Shown here one piece after another: positions 22,335 to 35,200 of a stretch of 64,000 nucleotides of DNA. Position 1 is the first letter of the stretch; each line of letters opens with the position of its first letter. The position numbers and the translations under genes were made by a program. The notes beneath the pieces were generated by a model, which did no database searches, was not told the origin of the DNA, and saw only the letters and a list, made by a program, of their open reading frames with translations. The stretch is taken from the NCBI GenBank assembly GCA_950097015.1, contig CATNEN010000039.1:744001-808000 (forward strand). Direction: 5' to 3'. The stretch comes from Macrostomum hystrix (lineage: Eukaryota > Animalia > Platyhelminthes).

Positions 22335-23665
22335 CACGTAGGAGGAGGATTGGAGACAGGAGGAGGGGAGGATGCGGTGACTACAGGAGGAGTGAGGGGA
22401 GATTCGGTGAGTAGATGTAAGACAGGAGGAGTGAGGGGAGATTCGGTGAGTAGATGTGAAACAGGAGGAGTGAGGGGAGATTCGGTGAGTAGATGTGAGA
22501 CAGGAGGAGTGAGGGGAGATTCGGTGAGTAGATGTGAGACAGGAGGAGTGAGGGGAGATTCGGTGAGTAGATGTGAGACAGGCGGAGTGAGGGGAGATTC
22601 GGTGAGTAGATGTGAAACAGGAGGAGTGAGGGGAGATTCGGTGAGTAGATGTGAGACAGGAGGAGTGAGGGGAGATTCGGTGAGTAGATGTGAGACAGGA
22701 GGAGTGAGGGGAGATTCGGTGAGTAGATGTAAGACAGGAGGAGTGAGGGGAGATTCGGTGAGTAGATGTAAGACAGGAGGAGTGAGGGGAGATTCGGTGA
22801 GTAGATGTGAAACAGGAGGAGTGAGGGGAAATTCGGTGAGTAGATGTGAGACAGGAGGAGTGAGGGGAGATTCGGTGAGTAGATGTAAGACAGGAGGAGT
22901 GAGGGGAGATTCGGTGAGTAGATGTGAGACAGGAGGAGTGAGGGGAGATTCGGTGAGTAGATGTGAGACAGGAGGAGTGAGGGGAGATTCGGTGAGTAGA
23001 TGTGAGACAGGAGGAGTGAGGGGAGATTCGGTGAGTAGATGTGAGACAGGAGGAGTGAGGGGAGATTCGGTGAGTAGATGTAAGACAGGAGGAGTGAGGG
23101 GAGATTCGGTGAGTAGATGTGAAACAGGAGGAGTGAGGGGAGATTCGGTGAGTAGATGTGAGACAGGAGGAGTGAGGGGAGATTCGGTGAGTAGATGTGA
23201 GACAGGAGGAGTGAGGGGAGATTCGGTGAGTAGATGTGAGACAGGAGGAGTGAGGGGAGATTCGGTGAGTAGATGTGAAACAGGAGGAGTGAGGGGAGAT
23301 TCGGTGAGTAGATGTAAGACAGGAGGAGTGAGGGGAGATTCGGTGAGTAGATGTGAGACAGGAGGAGTGAGGGGAGATTCGGTGAGTAGATGTGAGACAG
23401 GAGGAGTGAGGGGAGATTCGGTGAGTAGATGTGAAACAGGAGGAGTGAGGGGAGATTCGGTGAGTAGATGTAAGACAGGAGGAGTGAGGGGAGATTCGGT
23501 GAGTAGATGTGAGACAGGAGGAGTGAGGGGAGATTCGGTGAGTAGATGTGAAACAGGAGGAGTGAGGGGAGATTCGGTGAGTAGATGTAAGACAGGAGGA
23601 GTGAGGGGAGATTCGGTGAGTAGATGTGAGACATAAGGAGTGAGGGGAGATGCGGTGAGTAGATG
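22335..23665. repeat. 39-bp minisatellite acaggaggagtgaggggagattcggtgagtagatgtgag, ~33 copies
   Basis: Near-perfect tandem array; produces artefactual ORFs on both strands. Confidence 0.96.
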
Positions 23666-24387
23666 ACAGTGGGTGAAAGGCAGCAGGTGAATGTGGCGTG
23701 AAAGGCTAATTAGTGGACAGGAAAATTTAAATTGAGAAAATCAATAAACTGGTCAGGAATCAGAGAGTAGAGATGCACTATGCACAGGCAGAATTACCAC
23801 TCTCAGCTCGAGTCCATTGAGGCATTAATGCAGAAATTCCTTCACGACTAGCTCAGCAAAGCACTCGCAATTAATTATTCCTAACATCATTGTGGACTGG
23901 CAAGGATATAATAGCATGTGCCTGTCTGTCGAGTCGCTGATGAAAGCCGCATATGATCGAGCGCGCATTAGTGATCAATACAGATTCCGCAAGATACCGG
24001 TGGATAATGCACTCGCAGGACCTATAAAGTATAGATCTAGAGCAGGATTATTGTATTGCAAGCCAAATACTCGCGCGCTGCAAAAGAATATAATGTCACT
24101 AGGCCTGCCATGTCAATAAAAGCAGAGAAGAATTAAGACGCTGCAAGAACATTCATGAATTTGTATAGTGATATCGCTGCTTTTCGCTGTGATGTCTATA
24201 GTTTTTCCGGGACATGGCCAGAGCTTATAGATAGTAAAATCGATAGCTCACGGGAATGTACGGGAATGTATGTGGCGTAAAATCGATAGCTCACTGGAAT
24301 GTACGGGAATGTATGTGGCGTAAAATCGCGAAAATTTCTTTTTAGGCGCACAAAAATTATGTAGTTTTTGAGCTTGACTCTTTAGCT

Positions 24388-25318
24388 CAGGGGTCGGCAA
24401 ACTCCGGCCCGCGGGCCAGATGCGGCCTTCAAAGCTCCCAAATCCGACCCGTTGCCACTTCCAACACCTATAGTATCCTGTCTCATCTCTTTCTCATCTG
24501 AAGATGGAGAGTCTCATCTCTCCCGTGTCACCTCTTCTCTGTCTCATTTATCCCATGTCTCATCTTATCTCATCTCTGACTATAAGTCCCTCCCCTGTCT
24601 CATCTGTCCCGAGTATTATCTCTCCCATCTCATCTCATCTCTGTCTCAGTCTCGTCTATCCCATGCCTCACCTCTCCAGTGTCTCATCTAACCCGAGTCT
24701 CATCTCTTTCCTGTCACATCTCTCCCCTGTCTCATCTCTTCCCTGACTCATCTCTCCCCTGTCTTACACTCTTATATCTTTCCTGTCTTATTTCTCCACT
24801 GCGTCTCATCTCTCCCCTGTCTCATCTCTCCCCTGTCTTACACTCATATCTTTCCTGTCTTATTTCTCCACTGTCTCATCTCTCCCCTGTCTTACACTCA
24901 TATATTTCCTGCCTTATTTCTCCCCTGTCTCATCTCTCCCCTGTCTTATCTCTCCCGTCCATCTCTCCCCTATTTTATCTCTCCCCTGTCTCATCTCTCC
25001 CCTGTCTCATCTCTCCCCTGTCTCATCTCTCCCCCTGTCTCATCTCTCCCCTGTCTCATCTCTCCCCCTGTCTCATCTCTCCCCTGTCTCATCTCTCCCC
25101 CTGTCTCATCTCTCCCCTGTCTCATCTCTCCCCTGTCTCATCTCTCCCCTGTCTCATGCATCTCTCCCCTGTCTTATCTCTTCTGTCTCATTTCTACCTG
25201 TCTCATCTATCCTGTGTCTCATCTCACTCCTTTCTCATATTCCTACAATTAATGCGGCCCGCTATCGTATTTTAGGTTCTCTCCGTGGCCCGCACGCTAA
25301 TAAGTTTGCTGACCCTAG
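24388..25318. mobile_element. hAT/Charlie-like non-autonomous element with expanded internal CT-rich minisatellite (older copy)
   Basis: Left end caggggtcggcaaactccggcccgcgggcc; right end ...agtttgctgaccctag. Homologous to 59720-60362; TSD not intact. Confidence 0.8.
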
Positions 25319-25666
25319 CTTCTCGTTTTTACGTGCACTGAAATATGCGAAAATAGGCTTAATCGATATTATAGGGACTTAGTTTTTAGTAGTGGTCAAC
25401 CTTCTTTTTTCAGCAAATTTAATTAAATCATTAAAGGTAACATTAAGTAAATTCATTTGTTTACCATATGCAACGATCATTCTTTTTGTTAAATCTACAC
25501 TTTCTAAAAAATAACTGTCTGGCCCAATTTAAAATGCAAATTGAATTAAGGCTATAATGATATGATATATTAGGGCTCAAAGAAAATTAATTTCGAGTCT
25601 TAAAGTTATAAAACATTTTTCATGTGATATTGTTGAACAATAATTTAGCTATTCGAATAAAAAAGT

Positions 25667-28476
25667 ATGGCAAAATACGTTGAAAAGTTAACTCGTCTAC
25701 GAGAGGCCATAAAGATTAATGGTGGATTAAAAAACGCTTTATTTACACTTTACAGGTAAGACAAGTGCAAGTGAGTTAGCTATGTCTATATGTTAGTGGT
25801 ATTTTAAAGCCAAGGATATCCTAATAGATAATAAAGCCAAGGATAATATTCCTTAAATCAAAACAATAGGTAATAAAAAATCGAAGTAGTTATTCTAAAT
25901 TTTACTACTTTTGACCTTGGTCTAAGCTTAGATTCAGGGGCATTCTTTTCGAATCTTTCGTTTAACTGTTTTTATAAAAAGTTTCATTTCAAATCGATGC
26001 TAGAACATTGGGAAATTATTTTGAAATGATGGGAAACAATTAAACAATCAGAGCAATGATATGGTGAGTGTGCTCTGCAGGTCCAAATTGTGTCAAAATT
26101 CAGTAGGGGTAATAGGCCTATTAAGGCAGTTTGGATGAATCCGGTCCATTTCGGCGACAAGTCATTTCAGCGACAACCATTTTGGCGACAAGTCATTTCA
26201 GCGACAACCACTTCGGCGACAAACATTGAAACCACAGTAATAATGGATCTGATAGTGTTTGCTTATTGAGTATGTAATGTATTTGATTCTTCTACTTGTT
26301 AATGTTTTCCTGTTATAGTATTTATTTTAACATGTAATATAAATAGCGAGTTTGGATCAGTTTGGTCCACACTCTATGTGCGTCAACCTCACCTGTCTTA
26401 CTTTATAAGTAGCATCGTTTGCCGTCACCAATATTTTATAACTAACATGTTCGTTATCGACTTCATTATTCTACACAGGTAGAAGTGCTGTCGCGACTTT
26501 CGTCTCTGCCTTGTGTCCTCTATTCACTCTTTCGTTCTCTGCACTTTTCTTGTTTACATTGTCCAGTTCAGTCTAGTTCTTTCTCTCTCGTTATCTCTGC
26601 GGCTTGTTCCACGACTTCAAAAGTATTGTCGCCGAAATGGTTGTCGCCGAAATGACTTGTCGCCGAAATGGTTGTTGCCGAAATGACTTGTCGCCGAAAT
26701 GGACTGTTTCCGTTTGGATCCACAATAAATGATGGTGCTCCCAGGTGGCCTCCTGGCATGGTGTTTATAGACTTTAAGCATGTGTTAGTTAACAGTAGAA
26801 AATTAGTAGACTGTATTAGCAGAATACAGAAAATGTGCTAATACTTCCCCTCCCACTAACCAGCTCATCTCTTTTGGCCATTGACCATTTTGCTTTTATC
26901 TCCCCCACACTAAACATTTGCCACAGACAAGTTCTGTACCCCAGAAGCAGGCCCAGTTCGTAAAGTACAAAAAAGGAACCTTAATTTTTCAAATTCCAAG
27001 TTGTTGCATTAATTTGAAATGGAACTTTTCAGAAAAAAACTGTTTAATGATCTATCTGAAAAGAATGCCAATTTAGCTTGTTAAGGCAAAGGAAATATTG
27101 TAATTTTGTTTTGATTTACAAGGGATGAAGATTAAGAGAGTGGGTTATGTGTTTGCCTCTTGTCCATCAAGCTAAGCTAGATTATCAAGGTAGTCCCTGG
27201 CCAATATCTAGTCAAGAGAAAAAAAGAAACAAAATTCAAATGTAAAGCACTAAAGGTCTTGCAAGTTATGGATGAGCCTGTTAAAACTTTTAACATAACA
27301 TGAACATAACAGAACATTATTTGACATAATATGAATAGTATCAAGATATAATATTTCTCTATGAGCAGCATGATAGTCAGATAGAAAACTGTTGTACTTT
27401 GTTTTGGGTAATTATTTTTATATACACTTCAGCCATCAGCCATATGAATCATGGAAGAATGGTCATGGGAATGGTCACGCAATGGTCACTAGAAACAGTC
27501 ACAGAATCACGGTGAATGGTTACATGTTGACCCCAGTTTGATAAAATGAAAGTAACACAAAATGGTCACAGGCCTTTTTGTAACCATTCCATTTGATATG
27601 GGAAAAGCCTTTTATTTTAGAATAAATCATAAAATAATTAAACCAAAAATTCATTTGTGATAGCATGCAACTTTTAAAATTGTACACTAATGTGGCATGA
27701 AGAAATGTCTATGGCTTTAAAGGCTACAATAACTTGGAGGGCCTTCAAATGGAAATGTGAATATTGAGATTCAGTCAAGCACAATTTTATTGCTTTCTGC
27801 TTACTTATTTTCTGCAATGCATACAAGTACCCTTGTTCAGCATTCCAGTAATATAGTGTGCGCTGTGTAGTGCACAATAGCTTACCCTCAGGTTATGATG
27901 ACATGGCAGCAAAACAAAAAAAACTATTTACTACTAGTATGTGATAAACTGTTAATTTATATTCACTTGTTTTTTGGACTATAATTATATAATCATGAAA
28001 TCATACTGAATAAGTCAAATGCCAGATTTTGAATTTTGCAGTATTGGCTAATAATTTTACATTGTTTAACAAATCCTGTGTCTAACAGCCAATCATAGTC
28101 TCTAAAAGCTAGCACCCGTTCTCCCTCCTTGGCCAGCACTGACGAGCTGAAGTGGGGCAAGTTGGTTGGTGAGGACAAATATGGCAACAAGTATTTTGAG
28201 AACAATGAGTACTTCATGGGCCGCAACCGCTGGGTGCACTATGCGCCCAAGTATGGCCTGGAGTATGACAGCTCCCAGGTCCCATCTGAGTGGCACCGCT
28301 GGCTGCACTGCATGACAGACGACCCACCCAACAAGGTGGCGCCCTCACCGCAGCACAAATGGCTTGCCGATCACGAGCCAAATCCCACCGGCATTAATCC
28401 GAAGCGCGAGTACGTGCCCTACTCCACCACGCGGCCTAAGATCGAGGCGTGGAAACCGCCTAGCAGCTCGAATTGA
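25667..28476 (+). CDS. NDUFA12: NADH:ubiquinone oxidoreductase subunit A12; exons 25667-25755, 28137-28476 (142 aa)
   Basis: MAKYVEKLTRLREAIKINGGLKNALFTLY joins through a phase-2 intron (AG|gtaag...ccag|C) to TDELKWGKLVGEDKYGNKYFEN...GRNRWV...VPSEWHRWLH...YVPYSTTRPKIEAWKPP. Confidence 0.93.
26137..26711. mobile_element. Non-autonomous DNA transposon (MITE) with subterminal inverted arrays of catttcggcgacaa; 8-bp TSD GTTTGGAT
   Basis: Five motif copies at each end in inverted orientation; TSD at 26129-26136 and 26712-26719; lies in the NDUFA12 intron. Confidence 0.85.
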
Positions 28477-29203
28477 TTCTCCTGAACATCCCAGCGAACT
28501 CTGTGACTCACTGCTGACTGTCACTAGCATTAGGTGACAGTCACTGCTCTGACTATTCTGTTAGTGTCTGTTAGTGTCAGTTTTCTGTGTAACGAGAAAC
28601 CAGACCTGCTTGCCTTGTCTACAAGACGCATTGGCTGCACCTAACTAGCCCAATATTCTAAGAAAGCTAATGAATTTGATGGTTTAGTTTGTAGCGTAGC
28701 AAGCTGCTCTGAGACTATCTACATGAGCTACACATCAGTTATTTCCTGTAGCACATCATGAATTACCACAGTGCAGCTCCTAGCTTAGTGTCTATGGCAG
28801 CCTTAGCTCTGTTGACATGTCAACCAGTTCGCTCGCAGACCCGGGTGAATTCAACTAATTCTATGTAGATCTTTGCTATGACCCACTGCCTTCTGTGAAG
28901 GCCCTCTTGTTCAGTGGCTGCCACGTGCCCGCCCCCTGCATGCTGAACTGCTGCCTGCTCACTGGCCCAGAAATAAACTGCCCAGCCTGTGAGCCGGCAT
29001 CTACCCTTTTAACCCTCCCTCGATAGTTATTAGCAGAGGTGCAGCCTTTCACAGCCCAGAGTGCGCACCGATTTAAAAACAATATATACGCGCAGCACTG
29101 CTCATAGAAATTCCTCCTATTTAGTCAAAACACTAAATAGACTGACCAAGGCAATAGTGTTTCCAGTTTTCTTTATTTGCTCTTTTATCTAATACTAACT
29201 AAC

Positions 29204-32200
29204 AGCCAGATATGCTGAATACTAGCCAGATATGCTGAATAATAGCCAGATATGCTGAATACCAGCTAGATATGCTGAATAGTAGCCAGATATGCTGAAT
29301 ACCAGCCAGATATGCTGAATAGTAGCCAGATATGCTGAATAATAGCCAGATATGCTGAATACCAGCTAGATATGCTGAATAGTAGCCAGATATGCTGAAT
29401 ACCAGCCAGATATGCTGAATAGTAGCCAGATATGCTGAATAGTAGCCAGATATGTTGAATACTAGCCAGATATGCTGAATACCAGCCAGATATGCTGAAT
29501 ACCAGCCAGATATGCTGAATAGTAGCCAGATATGCTGAATAGTAGCCAGATATGCTGAATACCAGCCAGATATGCTGAATAGTAGCCAGATATGCTGAAT
29601 ACCAGCCAGATATGCTGAATAGTAGCCAGATATGCTGAATACCAGCTAGATATGCTGAATAGTAGCCAGATATGCTGAATACCAGCCAGATATGCTGAAT
29701 AGTAGCCAGATATGCTGAATAGTAGCCACATATGCTGAATAGTAGCTAGATATGCTGAATAGTAGCCAGATATGCTGAATAGTAGCCAGATATGCTGAAT
29801 AGTAGCCAGATATGCTGAATAGTTGCCAGATATGCTGAATAGTAGCCAGATATGCTGAATAATAGCCAGATATGCTGAATAGTAGCCAGATATGCTGAAT
29901 ACTAGCCAGATATGCTGAATACTAGCCAGATATGCTGAATAGTAGCCAGATATGCTGAATACTAGCCAGATATGCTGAATAGTAGCCAGATATGCTGAAT
30001 ACCAGCTAGATATGCTGAATAGTAGCCAGATATGCTGAATACCAGCCAGATATGCTGAATAGTAGCCAGATATGCTGAATACTAGCCAGATATGCTGAAT
30101 ACCAGCTAGATATGCTGAATAGTAGCCAGATATGCTGAATACCAGCCAGATATGCTGAATACTAGCCAGATATGCTGAATACCAGCCAGATATGCTGAAT
30201 ACCAGCCAGATATGCTGAATACCAGCCAGATATGCTGAATAGTAGCCAGATATGCTGAATACTAGCCAGATATGCTGAATAGTAGCCAGATATGCTGAAT
30301 ACCAGCTAGATATGCTGAATAGTAGCCAGATATGCTGAATACCAGCCAGATATGCTGAATACCAGCCAGATATGCTTAATACCAGCCAGATATGCTGAAT
30401 ACCAGCTAGATATGCTGAATAGTAGCCAGATATGCTGAATAGTAGCCAGATATGCTGAATAGTAGCCAGATATGCTGAATACCAGCTAGATATGCTGAAT
30501 AGTAGCCAGATATGCTGAATAGTAGCCAGATATGCTGAATACCAGCCAGATATGCTGAATACCAGCTAGATATGCTGAATAGTAGCCAGATATGCTGAAT
30601 AGTAGCCAGATATGCTGAATACCAGCCAGATATGCTGAATAGTAGCCAGATATGCTGAATAGTAGCCAGATATGCTGAATACTAGCCAGATATGCTGAAT
30701 ACAAGCCAGATATGCTGAATACCAGCCAGATATGCTGAATACCAGCCAGATATGCTGAATAGTAGCCAGATATGCTGAATACTAGCCAGATATGCTGAAT
30801 AGTAGCCAGATATGCTGAATACCAGCTAGATATGCTGAATAGTAGCCAGATATGCTGAATACCAGCCAGATATGCTGAATACCAGCTAGATATGCTGAAT
30901 ACTAGCCAGATATGCTGAATACAAGCCAGATATGCTGAATACCAGCCAGATATGCTGAATACCAGCCAGATATGCTGAATACCAGCCAGATATGCTAAAT
31001 ACCAGCCAGATATGCTGAATAGTAGCCAGATATGCTGAATACCAGCCAGATATGCTGAATAGTAGCCAGATATGCTGAATACCAGCCAGATATGCTGAAT
31101 AGTAGCCAGATATGCTGAATACTAGCCAGATATGCTGAATACCAGCTAGATATGCTGAATAGTAGCCAGATGCTGAATAGTAGCCAGATATGCTGAATAC
31201 CAGCCAGATATGCTGAATAGTAGCCAGATATGCTGAATAGTAGCCAGATATGCTGAATACTAGCCAGATATGCTGAATACAAGCCAGATATGCTGAATAC
31301 CAGCCAGATATGCTGAATACCAGCCAGATATGCTGAATAGTAGCCAGATATGCTGAATACTAGCCAGATATGCTGAATAGTAGCCAGATATGCTGAATAC
31401 CAGCTAGATATGCTGAATAGTAGCCAGATATGCTGAATACCAGCCAGATATGCTGAATACCAGCTAGATATGCTGAATAGTAGCCAGATATGCTGAATAC
31501 CAGCCAGATATGCTGAATACCAGCTAGATATGCTGAATAGTAGCCAGATATGCTGAATAGTAGCCAGATATGCTGAATAGTAGCCAGATATGCTGAATAC
31601 CAGCCAGATATGCTGAATAGTAGCCAGATATGCTGAATACTAGCCAGATATGCTGAATAGTAGCCAGATATGCTGAATACCAGCTAGATATGCTGAATAG
31701 TAGCCAGATATGCTGAATACCAGCCAGATATGCTGAATAGTAGCCAGATATGCTGAATAGTAGCCACATATGCTGAATAGTAGCTAGATATGCTGAATAG
31801 TAGCCAGATATGCTGAATAGTAGCCAGATATGCTGAATAGTAGCCAGATATGCTGAATAGTAGCCAGATATGCTGAATAGTAGCCAGATATGCTGAATAC
31901 TAGCCAGATATGCTGAATACTAGCCAGATATGCTGAATACTAGCCAGATATGCTGAATACTAGCCAGATATGCTGAATAGTAGCCAGATATGCTGAATAC
32001 CAGCTAGATATGCTGAATAGTAGCCAGATATGCTGAATACCAGCCAGATATGCTGAATAGTAGCCAGATATGCTGAATACTAGCCAGATATGCTGAATAC
32101 CAGCTAGATATGCTGAATAGTAGCCAGATATGCTGAATACCAGCCAGATATGCTGAATACTAGCCAGATATGCTGAATACCAGCCAGATATGCTGAATAC

Positions 32201-35200
32201 CAGCCAGATATGCTGAATACCAGCCAGATATGCTGAATAGTAGCCAGATATGCTGAATACTAGCCAGATATGCTGAATAGTAGCCAGATATGCTGAATAC
32301 CAGCTAGATATGCTGAATAGTAGCCAGATATGCTGAATACCAGCCAGATATGCTGAATACCAGCCAGATATGCTGAATACCAGCCAGATATGCTGAATAC
32401 CAGCTAGATATGCTGAATAGTAGCCAGATATGCTGAATAGTAGCCAGATATGCTGAATACCAGCTAGATATGCTGAATAGTAGCCAGATATGCTGAATAG
32501 TAGCCAGATATGCTGAATACCAGCCAGATATGCTGAATACCAGCTAGATATGCTGAATAGTAGCCAGATATGCTGAATAGTAGCCAGATATGCTGAATAC
32601 CAGCCAGATATGCTGAATAGTAGCCAGATATGCTGAATAGTAGCCAGATATGCTGAATACTAGCCAGATATGCTGAATACAAGCCAGATATGCTGAATAC
32701 CAGCCAGATATGCTGAATACCAGCCAGATATGCTGAATAGTAGCCAGATATGCTGAATACCAGCTAGATATGCTGAATACTAGCCAGATATGCTGAATAC
32801 CAGCCAGATATGCTGAATACCAGCTAGATATGCTGAATACTAGCCAGATATGCTGAATACCAGCCAGATATGCTGAATACCAGCCAGATATGCTGAATAC
32901 CAGCCAGATATGCTGAATAGTAGCCAGATATGCTGAATACCAGCCAGATATGCTGAATAGTAGCCAGATATGCTGAATACCAGCCAGATATGCTGAATAG
33001 TAGCCAGATATGCTGAATACTAGCCAGATATGCCGAATACCAGCTAGATATGCTGAATAGTAGCCAGATGCTGAATAGTAGCCAGATATGCTGAATACCA
33101 GCCAGATATGCTGAATAGTAGCCAGATATGCTGAATAGTAGCCAGATATGCTGAATACTAGCCAGATATGCTGAATACAAGCCAGATATGCTGAATACCA
33201 GCCAGATATGCTGAATACCAGCCAGATATGCTGAATAGTAGCCAGATATGCTGAATAGTAGCCAGATATGCTGAATAGTAGCCAGATATGCTGAATACCA
33301 GCCAGATATGCTGAATAGTAGCCAGATATGCTGAATACTAGCCAGATATGCTGAATAGTAGCCAGATATGCTGAATAGTAGCCAGATATGCTGAATAGTA
33401 GCCAGATATGCTGAATAGTAGCCAGATATGCTGAATACTAGCCAGATATGCTGAATACCAGCTAGATATGCTGAATAGTAGCCAGATATGCTGAATACCA
33501 GCCAGATATGCTGAATACCAGCCAGATATGCTGAATAGTAGCCAGATATGCTGAATAGTAGCCAGATATGCTGAATACCAGCTAGATATGCTGAATACTA
33601 GCCAGATATGCTGAATACAAGCCAGATATGCTGAATACCAGCCAGATATGCTGAATACCAGCCAGATATGCTGAATACCAGCCAGATATGCTGAATACCA
33701 GCCAGATATGCTGAATACCAGCCAGATATGCTGAATACCAGCCAGATATGCTGAATACCAGCCAGATATGCTGAATACAAGCCAGATATGCTGAATAGTA
33801 GCCAGATATGCTGAATAGTAGCCAGATATGCTGAATAGTAGCCAGATATGCTGAATACCAGCCAGATATGCTGAATATTAGCCAGATATGCTGAATACCA
33901 GCCAGATATGCTGAATACCAGCCAGATATGCTGAATATTAGCCAGATATGCTGAATACCAGCCAGATATGCTGAATACCAGCCAGATATGCTGAATACCA
34001 GCCAGATATGCTGAATAGTAGCCAGATATGCTGAATAGTAGCCAGATATGCTGAATAGTAGCCAGATATGCTGAATAGTAGCCAGATATGCTGAATAGTA
34101 GCCAGATATGCTGAATACCAGCCAGATATGCTGAATAGTAGCCAGATATGCTGAATACCAGCCAGATATGCTGAATACCAGCCAGATATGCTGAATAGTA
34201 GCCAGATATGCTGAATACCAGCCAGATATGCTGAATAGTAGCCAGATATGCTGAATACCAGCCAGATATGCTGAATAGTAGCCAGATATGCTGAATACTA
34301 GCCAGATATGCTGAATAATAGCCAGATATGCTGAATACTAGCCAGATATGCTGAATACTAGCCAGATATGCTGAATACCAGCCAGATATGCTGAATAGTA
34401 GCCAGATATGCTGAATACTAGCCAGATATGCTGAATACTAGCCAGATATGCTGAATACCAGCCAGATATGCTGAATAGTAGCCAGATATGCTGAATACCA
34501 GCTAGATATGCTGAATAGTAGCCAGATATGCTGAATAGTAGCCAGATATGCTGAATACCAGCCAGATATGCTGAATAGTAGCCAGATATGCTGAATACCA
34601 GCCAGATATGCTGAATAGTAGCCAGATATGCTGAATACTAGCCAGATATGCTGAATACCAGCTAGATATGCTGAATAGTAGCCAGATGCTGAATAGTAGC
34701 CAGATATGCTGAATACCAGCCAGATATGCTGAATAGTAGCCAGATATGCTGAATAGTAGCCAGATATGCTGAATACTAGCCAGATATGCTGAATACAAGC
34801 CAGATATGCTGAATACCAGCCAGATATGCTGAATACCAGCCAGATATGCTGAATAGTAGCCAGATATGCTGAATAGTAGCCAGATATGCTGAATAGTAGC
34901 CAGATATGCTGAATACCAGCCAGATATGCTGAATAGTAGCCAGATATGCTGAATACTAGCCAGATATGCTGAATAGTAGCCAGATATGCTGAATAGTAGC
35001 CAGATATGCTGAATAGTAGCCAGATATGCTGAATAGTAGCCAGATATGCTGAATACTAGCCAGATATGCTGAATACCAGCTAGATATGCTGAATAGTAGC
35101 CAGATATGCTGAATACCAGCCAGATATGCTGAATACCAGCCAGATATGCTGAATACCAGCCAGATATGCTGAATAGTAGCCAGATATGCTGAATACCAGC

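Noticed and set aside
22245-23636. 463-aa (+) and 417-aa (-) ORFs
   Set aside because: Products of a stop-free 39-bp repeat; non-ATG starts and no unique coding flanks.
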